This document shows positions 10,957-22,400 of a stretch of DNA of 64,000 nt, in pieces (the stretch's first letter is position 1; each line of letters begins with the position of its first letter). The stretch comes from a virus. Taxonomy: Duplodnaviria; Caudoviricetes. Location: the IMG/VR virus record IMGVR_UViG_3300025679_000005, one strand, 5' to 3'. The position numbers were made by a program, and so were the translations under genes. The notes beneath the pieces were generated by a model. The model did not search any database, was not told the origin of the DNA, and was given only the letters and a program-made list of their open reading frames with translations.

Positions 10957-11096
10957 CCGCTCCGGCTTGGGAGTACAAGGAACGGCTTGGGATCCACGAT
11001 CGCATGACCGAAGTGGTCAAGTTGTCCTTGGAGGCGGCGAAGGCAGAGCTGGGGGCCTCGCGGAAGAAGCTCAGAAAATTGCAGTACGGTAGCTAA
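10899..11096 (+). CDS. Small hypothetical protein (65 aa) with basic helical C-terminus
   Basis: AAGGGA precedes ATG 10899. The stop is 2 nt before the next gene's ATG. Confidence 0.6.
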   Translation: MSESTENPPDDEASVGPDVTAPAWEYKERLGIHDRMTEVVKLSLEAAKAELGASRKKLRKLQYGS

Positions 11097-11098
11097 AA

Positions 11099-13234
11099 AT
11101 GGCCAATTGGAAATCGTTCGACATACAGGTACCTGGCAAGAATTTGCTGCAACCTGTGGACAGTGCCCTTGAGACACTGCTGGTGTTCCTTGACGTACTC
11201 AAGGCTATTTTGGACACCATCAAGGTGTTCTTGATCGATTTCGGCAACCCTGTCGTTGCTTTGGTCCAAGCTCTGATCCAGCTGATTGAGTCCCTGTTCA
11301 CGTCTCTGAAGCAATCCGGGGTGTTCGCATACTTCGACGTGCCGGACCCCACCTCGGACCCCAATTTTGATCACTACTCGGGTGGTTTCCCCGCTTTCAC
11401 CACCCGCTTCAAAGCTAGCCTGTTCGACGCTAAGGACTTCAATCGCCCTCAACCTCAGATAGGGTCGGATAGCAGCGGCTTCGTTCTATTGGTGGTGGAT
11501 GCCGAGAGTCCTTACGCTCTGCTGGCTCGAATCAAGCAGTTGATGCGCTTCTTTGGTCGCGAGTTCACATCGCCCAGATTCGAGCCTCCAGTCAACTTGA
11601 AGGCTTCTTTGGTTGGGTCCAACGGGGACCCCATCCTCAAGGTGGCCTCGATATTCGCTGGCAGCGCTGTTTCTGGAATCGAACTACAATGGACCTTGGC
11701 GAGTAGCGTAGAAACCCCGAATCCCGGGTTTACGGACCTTGTCACGAAGGTGGCTGAGGAGGCCATCCCCCCCAACTATCTGATCGAGAGGTCTGTGGTC
11801 AATCCCGCGTCCAAAAAAATAGACGTTTCTGACATGGCCACGGCTACAGCATCGGGGCAGGTCACATTCAATAGGGTGACGTACACCAATATTGGCAATT
11901 CGTCACAACCCGTGATGCGCAGGGGTCCGTTGTTGGACGAGTACAGGGATCCGGTGATCAAATTCAGGACATACAGGGTCCTGAGCAACACGTCTATTAC
12001 CGCTATTTTAGGGGATCTAGGGACGTTCAGGTACATCGACCACGACGTGACCCCTGGGACAACTTACTACTACCGTGTTCGGGCCTACAGTGGGTCCTTG
12101 GCATTGGCGGGGGACCAGGTAGCTTGGCCGATTTCCGCTATTGACTCAACGTACCCAGTGCTCTACTGGCCGTCTTCAGTCCCCAATGAGTCGGTCATCG
12201 TGGGTAAGTCCTCGGGGGTGGTGTCGGCTACGATGCCTATCGGAATCCCTGCAAACTTTGATGTTGTCGGAGATCTTCGCGCCCTATTTCAAACGGCCTT
12301 TTCGCTTGACTTCCAACTACAAGCAGACAAGGGGAGCACAGCGCCCACGCAAATAGGTAGAGGATCCCTGTCTGCTATGGCCGCGTCTATGGCGGTTTAC
12401 CAGGCGTTCACTGTTGTAGGCGAGTTGCTCTCTGCGGCAACGGTAGTCCTTGGTTTCAGTCCAGACCCCATCACTGGCCTCAGCCCAGTCCTGCCTTGGC
12501 AGGTCACGGCCTTGCGTAGGGAGTCTGCCAGGTTGGCTGACGCTGTTGCTTCGGCTTTGCTTCAAGCAGGTCCAGAGGCCCTGAACGGGTTCCGAAGTAT
12601 CATGCAGGGCCCACTACCAGCAGGTGCGGTCTCTACCGGATTTAATTTGCGAGGCGTCACCTCACTGGAGGGCCTCGTGAAAGGATTCACAATCCTAGAT
12701 GCCCAAGGCAATGCCGACTCAAACGGAGCCCAGACCTTTGCGGCGGGGTACTCGGATGCGGGCGTGCGTTCCAATGTTCTGGCTGGGATTCAGTTCGTGA
12801 AGGTCTACTCTCTGGGAGGTACAGGCGCCGACTGGATTTCCGTGGAACCCCTACGAGACATCATCCCGTGGGCGGGGCAGCTGATCTACGACCTCATGGA
12901 TAAGATCCAGGCTCTGTTGGATGCTTTTGGCGGGGTCATGACTGAAATCAAAACCTTTATCGACCTCATCGAGAGAAAAATTGCGGCCTTAGAGCGATTC
13001 ATCGAGTTCTTGATCAACATACTCAATACTATCGCCAACTTACAACTAGGGGCTTACGTCCTGAGTGTTCCGTCCTTGACGGGAGGGTCCCAATCTTGGG
13101 TCTCTGCCATTGATTCAGCCGGTGGCACGATCCCTCCCAGTGGCCCTGGAGGGTACTCCTCGGGTGTCGGTCTGGCCTACGTGGCTACGGACATCACGGC
13201 TTTTAAGAACGCTTTCTCCATTATCTTCGGGTAA
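11099..13234 (+). CDS. Putative baseplate-associated structural protein with FnIII-like segment
   Basis: 711 aa ORF containing YIDHDVTPGTTYYYRVRAY (FnIII-type signature). Amphipathic helical N- and C-termini. Located in the baseplate block. Confidence 0.65.
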   Translation: MANWKSFDIQVPGKNLLQPVDSALETLLVFLDVLKAILDTIKVFLIDFGNPVVALVQALIQLIESLFTSLKQSGVFAYFDVPDPTSDPNFDHYSGGFPAFTTRFKASLFDAKDFNRPQPQIGSDSSGFVLLVVDAESPYALLARIKQLMRFFGREFTSPRFEPPVNLKASLVGSNGDPILKVASIFAGSAVSGIELQWTLASSVETPNPGFTDLVTKVAEEAIPPNYLIERSVVNPASKKIDVSDMATATASGQVTFNRVTYTNIGNSSQPVMRRGPLLDEYRDPVIKFRTYRVLSNTSITAILGDLGTFRYIDHDVTPGTTYYYRVRAYSGSLALAGDQVAWPISAIDSTYPVLYWPSSVPNESVIVGKSSGVVSATMPIGIPANFDVVGDLRALFQTAFSLDFQLQADKGSTAPTQIGRGSLSAMAASMAVYQAFTVVGELLSAATVVLGFSPDPITGLSPVLPWQVTALRRESARLADAVASALLQAGPEALNGFRSIMQGPLPAGAVSTGFNLRGVTSLEGLVKGFTILDAQGNADSNGAQTFAAGYSDAGVRSNVLAGIQFVKVYSLGGTGADWISVEPLRDIIPWAGQLIYDLMDKIQALLDAFGGVMTEIKTFIDLIERKIAALERFIEFLINILNTIANLQLGAYVLSVPSLTGGSQSWVSAIDSAGGTIPPSGPGGYSSGVGLAYVATDITAFKNAFSIIFG

Positions 13235-13304
13235 GTCTTCGTCCCATAGTCCACTTTTGAGGGTCCATAGGTACCTTCAATGAGATGTAGAGGATATCCC
13301 ACCA

Positions 13305-14036
13305 ATGGCGCATGATCTGTTGGGTACGTTCAACCGCAGTCAGTTCGAACGCTTCCTCGCTTTTGCGAGGTCCCAACTGCCTCTGGCCGCCGATCGAATT
13401 CAGCATCTTCAAGCTGAAATCGCTAGGATTGGTACGATCACGTTCCGATACGAAAAGGGCGTACCCAAAGGATTCAAGTCAGACCATCCAGGGTCCTACT
13501 TGGGGAAGCTCCTTAGTGCCTACGAGGTCCTGGGCGGTAACCCTTTCATCGACCTTAGGGTCAGACTTCGCACGGACCCTGTGTTCCTCGTTCGAGGGAC
13601 GGAAATCGACGGCCCCCAATACATGAGCAATGGCGAGGTCATTGGTGCCAAGGGGTTGTCCGACAGCCCGACCGCTGAACTCATGCGATCGGCCCAGGTT
13701 TGGATTGACGATACACTGCAAGCCAGGTTCGCCTCTCTTGAACGGAAAATCCGTAGGGCAGTGGACTACTCTGACCAGCTCCAGTTGGAAGTAGCCAACC
13801 TAAAGACCATCCAGATGGCAGCGTCTATTTCGGGCTCCCTGGAGTACATCGCCGTACAGATCAACCAGTTCCTTACGGATCACAACTACCGTGCCGTCTT
13901 TGATGACGCGGGCGGGGACACCTTCGGCTTCAATGTTTACGCCCCGTTCAGCTCTTACGATGTCTTGAACGGCACTTCGAGTTCAGCACAGCGCCAGAAC
14001 TCGGGCTTCGTCGGACCAGGGGAGAGCGGAGCATGA
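13305..14036 (+). CDS. Hypothetical protein, probably virion (243 aa)
   Basis: GAGG precedes the ATG. ATGA overlap with the next gene. Confidence 0.65.
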   Translation: MAHDLLGTFNRSQFERFLAFARSQLPLAADRIQHLQAEIARIGTITFRYEKGVPKGFKSDHPGSYLGKLLSAYEVLGGNPFIDLRVRLRTDPVFLVRGTEIDGPQYMSNGEVIGAKGLSDSPTAELMRSAQVWIDDTLQARFASLERKIRRAVDYSDQLQLEVANLKTIQMAASISGSLEYIAVQINQFLTDHNYRAVFDDAGGDTFGFNVYAPFSSYDVLNGTSSSAQRQNSGFVGPGESGA

Positions 14037-15181
14037 GCTACGATCGTCGCCTAGACCAGATCTGTCCGCATATGGTGCTCGAAGAGGCTCTGTTCTTCAA
14101 CCCCGATCGCCAGACGGTGCGGCCTCTCCGACCTATCGCAGCAGTCAGTTCTGTGAAGGTGCGTTACAACGGGACGGACTACGTGCCCTCGGAGGGTGTG
14201 TACCTCCCTGCTCAGGCAACAGGGCTCAAGTCGGCTCCGTTCACTATCCGGGGTGGTGTCAACGATCAGCTCGTGATCAAGGTGGACGACCGCCAAGCTC
14301 AGACTTTGCACCTACCTTCTGGCAACAAGATCTCCGCCCTTTCGATCACGGACTCCCTAAACAACATCACCAGGGACGCTCTGTTCTCAGTCACCGCCAA
14401 GAACCAGATTCGCCTGGTAACGTCCAACACGGGTATGGGGTCTAAGATCTTCATCGCTTCTACGGGAAGCACGGGTGCAGCGACTCTAGGTTTCTCTACC
14501 AATCGTGGGTGGCAGGGGCGTAGCACAGTTCCTGGCTGGTCTATCGTCAACGATCCAAACACCCTCAGTGATCGGCCTACCAGACTCATTGTTTTCGACG
14601 AGCCCCTCAAGGGATTCGCGGATTACGTCGAGGTCAACTATACGACAATTCGGCAAGAATGCCGTCGCTGTGGTGGCTTAGGCGTTGAGAACGACTGGCG
14701 CTACGACGGCAGGGGTCAGCTCATTACAGCTCAGAACGAGACACTCCTCATTCAGGAGATGCTCAAGGCTACGTACACCATCCAGGGGTCTAATCCTTTC
14801 CACACCTGGTACGGGACCAACGTCGTCAACTCTATTGCCTCTAAACAAGACGCCGCAGGGGTGTCTCAGAACCTCATTATCTCCGAGGTCTACACCGCTT
14901 TTCAACGTTGGCAGCAGATCAAACGCCAGCAGGAAGAGGACGTGGGTCAGGTGGTGACGGACGAGGAGTACCCATTCAGGATCACGTCTGTGATCTTGCA
15001 GCAAAGTGATCAAGATCCAACGGTCATCTTCATCAACGCCACCATTCAGAATAGGTCCAGCAAGCCTATTCAGATTGATCGTGGGATTCGAATTCCTGGC
15101 CCCGCCAACATCTTGGGCTCTTCGCAGCAACAGGGCTTCTTTCAGCAGCCTATCCCCAACAACAAGCTCTTTGGTAAGTAA
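14033..15181 (+). CDS. Baseplate wedge gp25/gpW-like protein with N-terminal extension and CxxC
   Basis: C-terminal LLIQEMLKATYTIQGSNPFHTWYG...ITSVILQQSDQDPTVIFINATIQ resembles the gp25 GE(R)PFxPxYG pattern. Central CRRCGG. Lies upstream of baseplate J. Confidence 0.7.
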   Translation: MSYDRRLDQICPHMVLEEALFFNPDRQTVRPLRPIAAVSSVKVRYNGTDYVPSEGVYLPAQATGLKSAPFTIRGGVNDQLVIKVDDRQAQTLHLPSGNKISALSITDSLNNITRDALFSVTAKNQIRLVTSNTGMGSKIFIASTGSTGAATLGFSTNRGWQGRSTVPGWSIVNDPNTLSDRPTRLIVFDEPLKGFADYVEVNYTTIRQECRRCGGLGVENDWRYDGRGQLITAQNETLLIQEMLKATYTIQGSNPFHTWYGTNVVNSIASKQDAAGVSQNLIISEVYTAFQRWQQIKRQQEEDVGQVVTDEEYPFRITSVILQQSDQDPTVIFINATIQNRSSKPIQIDRGIRIPGPANILGSSQQQGFFQQPIPNNKLFGK

Positions 15182-15184
15182 CCC

Positions 15185-18100
15185 ATGGCAACTGCACCTC
15201 AAATAGCTCTTCGAGACGGGTCTGGGTTTACTCAAAACCTGGTTCTGACTACCAATCTTGAGTTCATCTCCCTGTCGGGCACGGTGGACATCAATACCGT
15301 GGATATCCAGGTGTCGATCAATGGGGCGTCCTTCGTGTCAGACCCCAGCTTGGTCGGCCTCAATGGGCAAGTTTTCACGATCCCAAACCCGGCTTCTTAC
15401 CCAGACGGTCTGACCCTTGACCTTGGCGTAAACACAATTGCCATCCGAGCCATCGACATTGTGGGTGGGGTTAGCCCCGTGTCTTTGGCGACTGTGACTA
15501 TGGTGGCTCAAATCAGCGGCTCTGACGCTCTGATTCCTACGGGTATCCGCTCGAACCGCAGACGAGACTCGGTCGACATCCTTGCTGCCGTTCCGGTTTC
15601 TTCGAGCGGTTTGTTTCAGTTCGTCGGCTTCAACTTCTATGCTTCTGCCACTGCTGGCGGTACTGACGGATACTTCAAAGTCAATGCCACCCCTGTCACC
15701 ACACAGTCGACGCAGTTCCAAGAGGACTTGCTGGACATCTTCGACGCCAACACTGTGTTCACTGCGCAAAAAGAGGTTACTGTCAACGTAACCACACAGG
15801 ATGCCACAGGGGTACCGACGACCGTCTACACAAATACGGCCAACACCTTCGGCCTCACCGGTTCCCTGAAGTTTACTGGCTCTATGCAGAGCCGTGCCCT
15901 GACTCAATTCATCTACTTTAACCACATCCGATCGACGGGCGCCAACGCGGACCAGTTCATTGACGTGGACGCCTCGGCCCCTCTTTACTACGTAGTGACT
16001 GGCGTCTTCTATGACACGGCCTTGGCACAGGAACTGGAGACTCCCTACAGTCAGGAAATATTGGGGACGCCCCTCACCATCGACGCCTCAATCCAAGATC
16101 TCCCTGGGCGGACTCAGTTCCAGATCCTACTGGATTTCGTGTCTGGAATTCAAGCGTCGGACCAACTGATCTCTTTGATTCCTGGCTCGACCGTCAGAGA
16201 CATCACCATCGACCCGTTTGCCAGTGAGGCTGAGCGCCTCTGGTTCATCATCGATTTCGTCCACAAGTCTTCGAGCTTCCTGACGCTCCTACAAATCGAC
16301 GACACTAACAACGACGGAGTGTCCGATCCGGTTGTCAGCAGCCCATACAAGCAGGCTTTGAGAGCCGCATTAGGCCTTCAGACCGACGCCGCCGTTCAAC
16401 AGCTTATTGACGTACAGTTCGACAAGTTGGCCAACAACTTCATGAAGCCTAGGTTGCCGGGACGCCCTGCGGTGGGTCAGGTAGTATTTTACACGCCAAC
16501 TAGGCCTACTCTGGATATCACGATTGCTTCCGGGTCTATCGTGTCTACGGACGCGGATCCAGCCAACAACTTGCCCTCAGTGCGGTACTTGGTTGGTGGT
16601 ACGTTTGTGCTCCCAGCAGCACAGGCAGGCGCCTTCTACAACTTCAGCACCCGTCGTTACGAGATCATCGCAGATGTGGTCGCACAGACTATCGGCAGTG
16701 ATGGCAATCGTTCAGCCGGCGAGATCGTAAACATCGTCAGTTCTGTTGGTGGGATGCAGGTCACGAACACCGAATCAACTGTTTTCGGTACTGATCGTGA
16801 GAGCAACGGCGACCTAGCCGCACGTGCAATGCTTGGCTTCGTGTCGGTGGACACAGGTACTGAGGGCGGATACACCGCCACAGCTGCGGGCCAGGTCGGT
16901 ATCGTCAAGAACAAGATCGTCAAGTCGGGCGACCCCTTGATGATGCGCGACTACGACGAAGTTCGCCACAAGCACATCGGCGGCAAGGTAGACGTGTGGA
17001 TCCAAGGTCTTCGGGAGCGCACTGTCGTGGAGAGGTTCGCCTTCTCCTTCGATCTGGCCACGGACATCCGATGCCAGATCATAGACCTACCCAACTTGAT
17101 TTTCCGAGTCCTTGACAGCCGTGTGACCCCCAACTCTCCTATCGTAGAGATTTTGGACAATCTTAGCCAGAACCAGGGCGTTCGAAACGCCACTCAGGGA
17201 TTGAACTACAATTTGTCGGGGGTAGTGATCATCGACTACCAGACCTTCCAGGTCAATACCTCTATAGCTCAACCGGTCACTGCCATTGATGACATCGTGA
17301 CGGCTGACTACCGTTTCCGTTCTGTAAACCAGTTCAAGTTTACGCTTCAGCCGGTTCGTAGGGTGATCTCGGTGGTGGGCGAGGCCTCGGGTGCCCTTGA
17401 TGTGACCGCCGGGTTCAGCTTGTTCAAGACGGAAGACCCCCTACTCAACGGGGAGAGCACGATCGCAAGTGACTACTTAGTCATCAACCAAATAGGTGGC
17501 GTGCCTACGGGTGCATCGATCCCAGTCAACGACGAAGAACACGTGATCATAGGCTTCTTCGAGGAGTCCTTAGCATCGATCGGTATCAACACTACGACAA
17601 TCAGGGTGTTCAACCAGGCCCGCTCAATCGAATACGCGGGTCCTGGGTCGGCTATTCCTGACTTTGATATCGTGGCAGGTACCTCGACGACGCCTGTCAA
17701 GATCGTGCGCACTAATCCCTCGAACATTGTGAGCGGTCAGACGGTGTCGGTGGATTATACCCACGACGAAAACTTCACGGCCACCTACGTGATCAATGAC
17801 CTCCTGCAACAGCTCCAACGCACGATCAGTAGCCGCAGGCACGCCACTGCCGACGTGCTCGTGAAGCAGTCCATCCTCAATGACGTAGCCTTGGAGACAA
17901 CGGTTCAGCTCAAGCCAGGGGCTACCAAAGACAAGGTGGACCCGGCCGTCCGATCGTCAGTGTCCATAGAGTTGGATCAGAAGCTCATTGGCCAGGGTGT
18001 AGCTCAATCGGACATCATCAATGCCGTGGATTCTACGGATGGCGTGGACTTCCAGGTGATACCCATGGCTAAAATGGGGTACGCCGATGGTTCGAGGAAG

Positions 18101-18598
18101 CTTAGGGAGAGCATCCTCTCGACCGCCAACCGAACCCCTAGCCTGGACATCGGGGGTAACCAGGTCTTTATCCTCACCAACTCGTTGAAGTTCCCCACCA
18201 CAGACGGTGGCGGCCTGGTAACAGAGCACCGTGGAGTGTTCTCGGACGATGAGGCCCTGGTTCTGTCTGGCGCTATGCCTTCTGTGGGCCAGTTCTCGAA
18301 CCAGGCCTACATCTTGGGTTCGGAAGGTGCAATCATTGCCGGCTACAGCGACGACGCCACTTTGATCGCCGCAGGGTTCACGACAGCGACCATCGTCGCA
18401 GCAGAGAGGCTAAGCTTGACGGCGAACCACGTCTTGTTGAGCCTCTCCGGAGCAGGGATCCCGCCAGACGCCCCTTCCGACCACGTGTACGCTGTCAGCT
18501 ACACCATTCGTGGCGATATCGGGCCGCACGACATCACGGCAACACAGGTTGAGGCACTTGACCTAGGTGCTCTGACTTTGACGCTCAGGAGCGCCTGA
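15185..18598 (+). CDS. Baseplate J-like (gp6) wedge protein, extended
   Basis: PGSTVRDI, FDKLANNFMKPRLPGRPAVGQVVF, VAQTIGSDGNRSAGEI and VTN...FGTDRESNGDLAAR...GTEGGY are characteristic Baseplate_J segments. Confidence 0.9.
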   Translation: MATAPQIALRDGSGFTQNLVLTTNLEFISLSGTVDINTVDIQVSINGASFVSDPSLVGLNGQVFTIPNPASYPDGLTLDLGVNTIAIRAIDIVGGVSPVSLATVTMVAQISGSDALIPTGIRSNRRRDSVDILAAVPVSSSGLFQFVGFNFYASATAGGTDGYFKVNATPVTTQSTQFQEDLLDIFDANTVFTAQKEVTVNVTTQDATGVPTTVYTNTANTFGLTGSLKFTGSMQSRALTQFIYFNHIRSTGANADQFIDVDASAPLYYVVTGVFYDTALAQELETPYSQEILGTPLTIDASIQDLPGRTQFQILLDFVSGIQASDQLISLIPGSTVRDITIDPFASEAERLWFIIDFVHKSSSFLTLLQIDDTNNDGVSDPVVSSPYKQALRAALGLQTDAAVQQLIDVQFDKLANNFMKPRLPGRPAVGQVVFYTPTRPTLDITIASGSIVSTDADPANNLPSVRYLVGGTFVLPAAQAGAFYNFSTRRYEIIADVVAQTIGSDGNRSAGEIVNIVSSVGGMQVTNTESTVFGTDRESNGDLAARAMLGFVSVDTGTEGGYTATAAGQVGIVKNKIVKSGDPLMMRDYDEVRHKHIGGKVDVWIQGLRERTVVERFAFSFDLATDIRCQIIDLPNLIFRVLDSRVTPNSPIVEILDNLSQNQGVRNATQGLNYNLSGVVIIDYQTFQVNTSIAQPVTAIDDIVTADYRFRSVNQFKFTLQPVRRVISVVGEASGALDVTAGFSLFKTEDPLLNGESTIASDYLVINQIGGVPTGASIPVNDEEHVIIGFFEESLASIGINTTTIRVFNQARSIEYAGPGSAIPDFDIVAGTSTTPVKIVRTNPSNIVSGQTVSVDYTHDENFTATYVINDLLQQLQRTISSRRHATADVLVKQSILNDVALETTVQLKPGATKDKVDPAVRSSVSIELDQKLIGQGVAQSDIINAVDSTDGVDFQVIPMAKMGYADGSRKLRESILSTANRTPSLDIGGNQVFILTNSLKFPTTDGGGLVTEHRGVFSDDEALVLSGAMPSVGQFSNQAYILGSEGAIIAGYSDDATLIAAGFTTATIVAAERLSLTANHVLLSLSGAGIPPDAPSDHVYAVSYTIRGDIGPHDITATQVEALDLGALTLTLRSA

Positions 18599-19401
18599 TG
18601 GCTCGTTTCACAATCGACCCCAACCGGATAAATTTCTCTGTGGAGAGATCCGGCAAGGAATACAATCTCAGAGTCCTGCAACGTTCTCAGTCTATTTTTA
18701 CATCTCTACTGAATTTATTGCCCAGTAACTACGTCAGTGCCATCTGCGGCCCGAATTACAGTGTGGAGCTAAAAGCGGTCGCGGTCGAAATGGCCCGCAT
18801 AGAGCTGGCTCTAGAAGACGTGGACATGGATCGGGACTTCACTCGCACCCGTTCTGAATTCCTCTACAGCATCATTGGGTACTTGGCGTTCCTGAGCAAT
18901 AAGCTTCCAACCCTTGATTTCGACGACACTGAATTCCGTACTTTCCTGCTATCTTTGATCAGGATCTACTTCCAAGGGTCGATACCAGAGTCCATCAAGG
19001 ATGCCGTGTCTCTGTTCATTTCTGAGGATTTCCAAGTACTTGAGAACTTTCTATTGACCCGAGCGGGTGCTTCCGGCCTCGATATTTCAGATCAATTCGG
19101 CTTCCAAATCAACATCAACATCGATGGGACCTTCCCACCGGGATTGTTCGATCTGCAGTCCTCGATTCGAATCATCCTCGATATCATCCGGCCGGCGCAC
19201 ACCCTGTTCCAGATCAGGTTCATTTTCAAGGATAACTACAAGCCCAATTCAGGGAAGATCTTGGATGCCCTGCGTTGGCGACTCTCGGACTACCATTATG
19301 AGGATTATAGGTCTTATTGGACGGGTATAAGAGACCGTGACCGTTTGGGCCAGAAGATGAATCGCCAGGTGTCGGACGAGGATCATTCGGACGATTTCTA
19401 A
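18598..19401 (+). CDS. Baseplate wedge protein (P2 gpI/gp7-like)
   Basis: Coupled to the J gene (TGATG). Contains LLPSNY, DDTEFRTFLLSLIRIYFQGS and LDIIRPAHTL (typical IKPAH end motif). Confidence 0.75.
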   Translation: MARFTIDPNRINFSVERSGKEYNLRVLQRSQSIFTSLLNLLPSNYVSAICGPNYSVELKAVAVEMARIELALEDVDMDRDFTRTRSEFLYSIIGYLAFLSNKLPTLDFDDTEFRTFLLSLIRIYFQGSIPESIKDAVSLFISEDFQVLENFLLTRAGASGLDISDQFGFQININIDGTFPPGLFDLQSSIRIILDIIRPAHTLFQIRFIFKDNYKPNSGKILDALRWRLSDYHYEDYRSYWTGIRDRDRLGQKMNRQVSDEDHSDDF

Positions 19402-19412
19402 GGGAGTGAGCA

Positions 19413-22400
19413 GTGATCGATGTCGTACTGGCAACAGATGTAATCGGAACCATCACAAACTCCGGCTATGCGGAGATCCTGGACGACGACATCCGCGTCA
19501 CAGACCAGACCCTAGTTGAGACTATTTTCGCTCGGGTCCTCTCTGACTCTGTAGCTGTCACAGACGGTATCGCCACCAGTTTCGAATACGGTATGGTCCT
19601 CTCTGACTCTGTCTCTGTCACCGACTCAGTCTTTGACGGGATCATCAATGTCTCGGTTTCGGACGCTGCCGGTGTCACAGACCAGACCCTAGTTGAGACT
19701 ATTTTCGCTCAGGATACCGTCGGCGTCACAGACAGTGTCACACTCAGTTTCGAATACGGTATGGTCCTCTCTGACTCTGTAGCTGTCACAGACGGTATCG
19801 CCACCAGTTTCGAATACGGTATGGTCCTCTCTGACTCTGTCTCTGTCACCGACTCAGTCTTTGACGGGATCATCAATGTCTCGGTTTCGGACGCTGCCGG
19901 TGTCACAGACCAGACCCTAGTTGAGACTATTTTCGCTCAGGACTCTGTAGCGGTCGGGGACCTCACCAACACTTCCTTGGTCTATTCCGTAGCCTTGAGT
20001 GACACTGCCTCTCTATCAGACAGTTCGATTGCGGGTATAATTGAAAGCGCAGACCCGTTCGACGCGGTCAATATCGCAGACGCTGCCTCTACGGACATCT
20101 ACTACATCAGGGTACTTCAGGACAACCTGGTAGTTTCTGATAGCGCCGCCCCCACCACCACTCGTGAAGTGTCCCTGAGTACAGACATCTTGGCAGTCTC
20201 TGACTCAGTGGCCGCTGAGCCAACTAGCGGGGTACTCGTTTCGGACGTGGTCTCAGGGATCACGGACTCTTTGGCGGTCACGCGATTCGTCGATCGAAGC
20301 CCGGCCGATACGATCGTTATCCTAGACCAGGTCTTTATAGGAGAGACTCGTGATGTAGTCATCGGTACGGATTCTGTTTTGGTATCGGACTTCAGTCTAG
20401 CCGAAGCGATCAATATCGATGTCGTGGTGACTGACACGATTTTCGCAGTGCTCGACAGCATTGCTCGTGAAACCACTATTTTGCGGGTCTTCAACGATAC
20501 AGTATCAGTTACAGACGCTGTATCCGCTGCTCGCGGTGGCTTAGTTGATCGCGACCTCATCGACACGATTACTTTTGGGACTGACTCTGTCAAACAGATC
20601 CTATGGCCCGGCTTCGATGACGATCTAGATGTCTTTGATATTGTCCAGGTCGAGAAGATTGGGACCACGCTGGTGGCTGCTTCTGCGGACGGATTCAGCA
20701 TCACGGTCCCTTTTCAGAGCGAGATCAGCTACGATCATACAGGGGACCTAAGGAACTACCTCTTCCGACCATTGTTGGGTAGTCGTGGAGTGCCCTTCCA
20801 GATTGAAGGTGTAACTCCTGTAACAACGACCCTAGCTTCTGGGGGCTCCGGCACGCTGATCAGTGTGAATGACCCGAACTTCACTACGAATCTCTTTCAA
20901 GTGGGATCGGCAACCTTCAATGCCGGCACGGATGTAGGTAGGTACCTGGCGATCGGCAATGGACGGGTCCCTGGGGTCTACAAGATAGTTGGTGTGCCCA
21001 GCTCCACAAGGGTCCAGCTGGATCGCCCACTACAACTAGCGGATCCAGCTAACGGCACTTTTTCTTGGGTTTTCACCACAGCTATACAGGCTATAACTTT
21101 CAGGACTACTAACAAGGTCACCAATCAAGCAGGGTATACCCTCTCAATTCAAGGTTTGGTGACCAAAGCCGGAGTGCCTTTCGGACTTGCAGCCGATTTT
21201 ATCACGACGGGTATTCTTGGACCTAAGCTCTTGGGGGTGACACTTTCTGATGAGGGTCAGCTTGTGGTCAATTACGACCAACCCATGCGAACTGACCGGG
21301 ATATCGTGCTATCCTCCGAGTATACTGTGACCGGTCCGTCTAGTGTGTCGGTGCGCCAAGTGCAATCCGTTGGCCCATCCACTGTGGCCCTCGATTTGAA
21401 TGGCCTGAGCAGTGGCTCTTACGCACTCACGATCAATATTGCGGGTACTCCAAAGGACGTGGCTGGCAATCCTCTAGAGCCTGCTTTCAATCAGGCAGTG
21501 TTCACTGGGTCAGTGCCGCTGACCAATCGGAGTATATTCACGGATAAGGGCCCGATTTCAAAACCTGCCCTTTCGCTACAAACGGGTACAGGTGTTACGT
21601 TCAACAGCGGTGCAGAGGCCACTCTCACGGGTTCGACCCTGACTCCTGATCTGATCAATGAATACTTGAATTTTAGCGGCACCCTTCACAACGACGGGAC
21701 CTATAAGATTACTGGGGTGCTTTCTCCGACGAAGCTCCGCGTTCAAGCAAGTTTCGTGCTCCCCGATTCGGCGGGCTCTCCGGTCTGGGAGATTTTTGAT
21801 CCCCGTAACGGTGAGATCGCTGATGACCCCACGGATGTGGGGGTCTTAGTGAACGGCACTCCTGTGACGCCAGTCGCTGTAGTGGGCCTATTGGGTCAGG
21901 TGGTGCTGCCCACAGCTCCCGAACCAAATGACGATGTTAAGGTCAACTACAGTTGGATGCCGAATCCTACGGTGGACTTCCGTCGATTGAACTCCAAGGA
22001 GTTTCGTCTCAATTCCTGGAACGCTGACACCTTGTACGGAAAGAGCACGAGCCAACACAGGTATCGCTACAACAACACATTGGTTCGGCCCAGTGAATAC
22101 GCGCCCTTGGATATCCTGGCGACCCTCGATCAACCCGAGACCCGAGACCTGTACTACAGGGCTTTCGAACGAGCCTACACGGCGACACTCAATGACCCGT
22201 CATCCCTGCTCCTCAACAGCCCAATCCACAAGATCGCTTTCCCATCAGCTCAAAGGACCATCAACGAGGCTTTCATCACCTATGAGGCCGAGGTTCTCCC
22301 TGAGGCTGCAACGCCTGCCTGGGTGAAGCACGGTGCCGGACTGACATCAACATCGGCTGGTCTACTCACGGCCACCGATAACACCTCTGGGCCATATCCC

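Noticed and set aside
19535-19942. CRISPR array or DGR template/variable repeat pair
   Set aside because: The copies are in-frame coding, identical rather than adenine-mutated, have no unique spacers, and no reverse transcriptase or cas gene is in the window.
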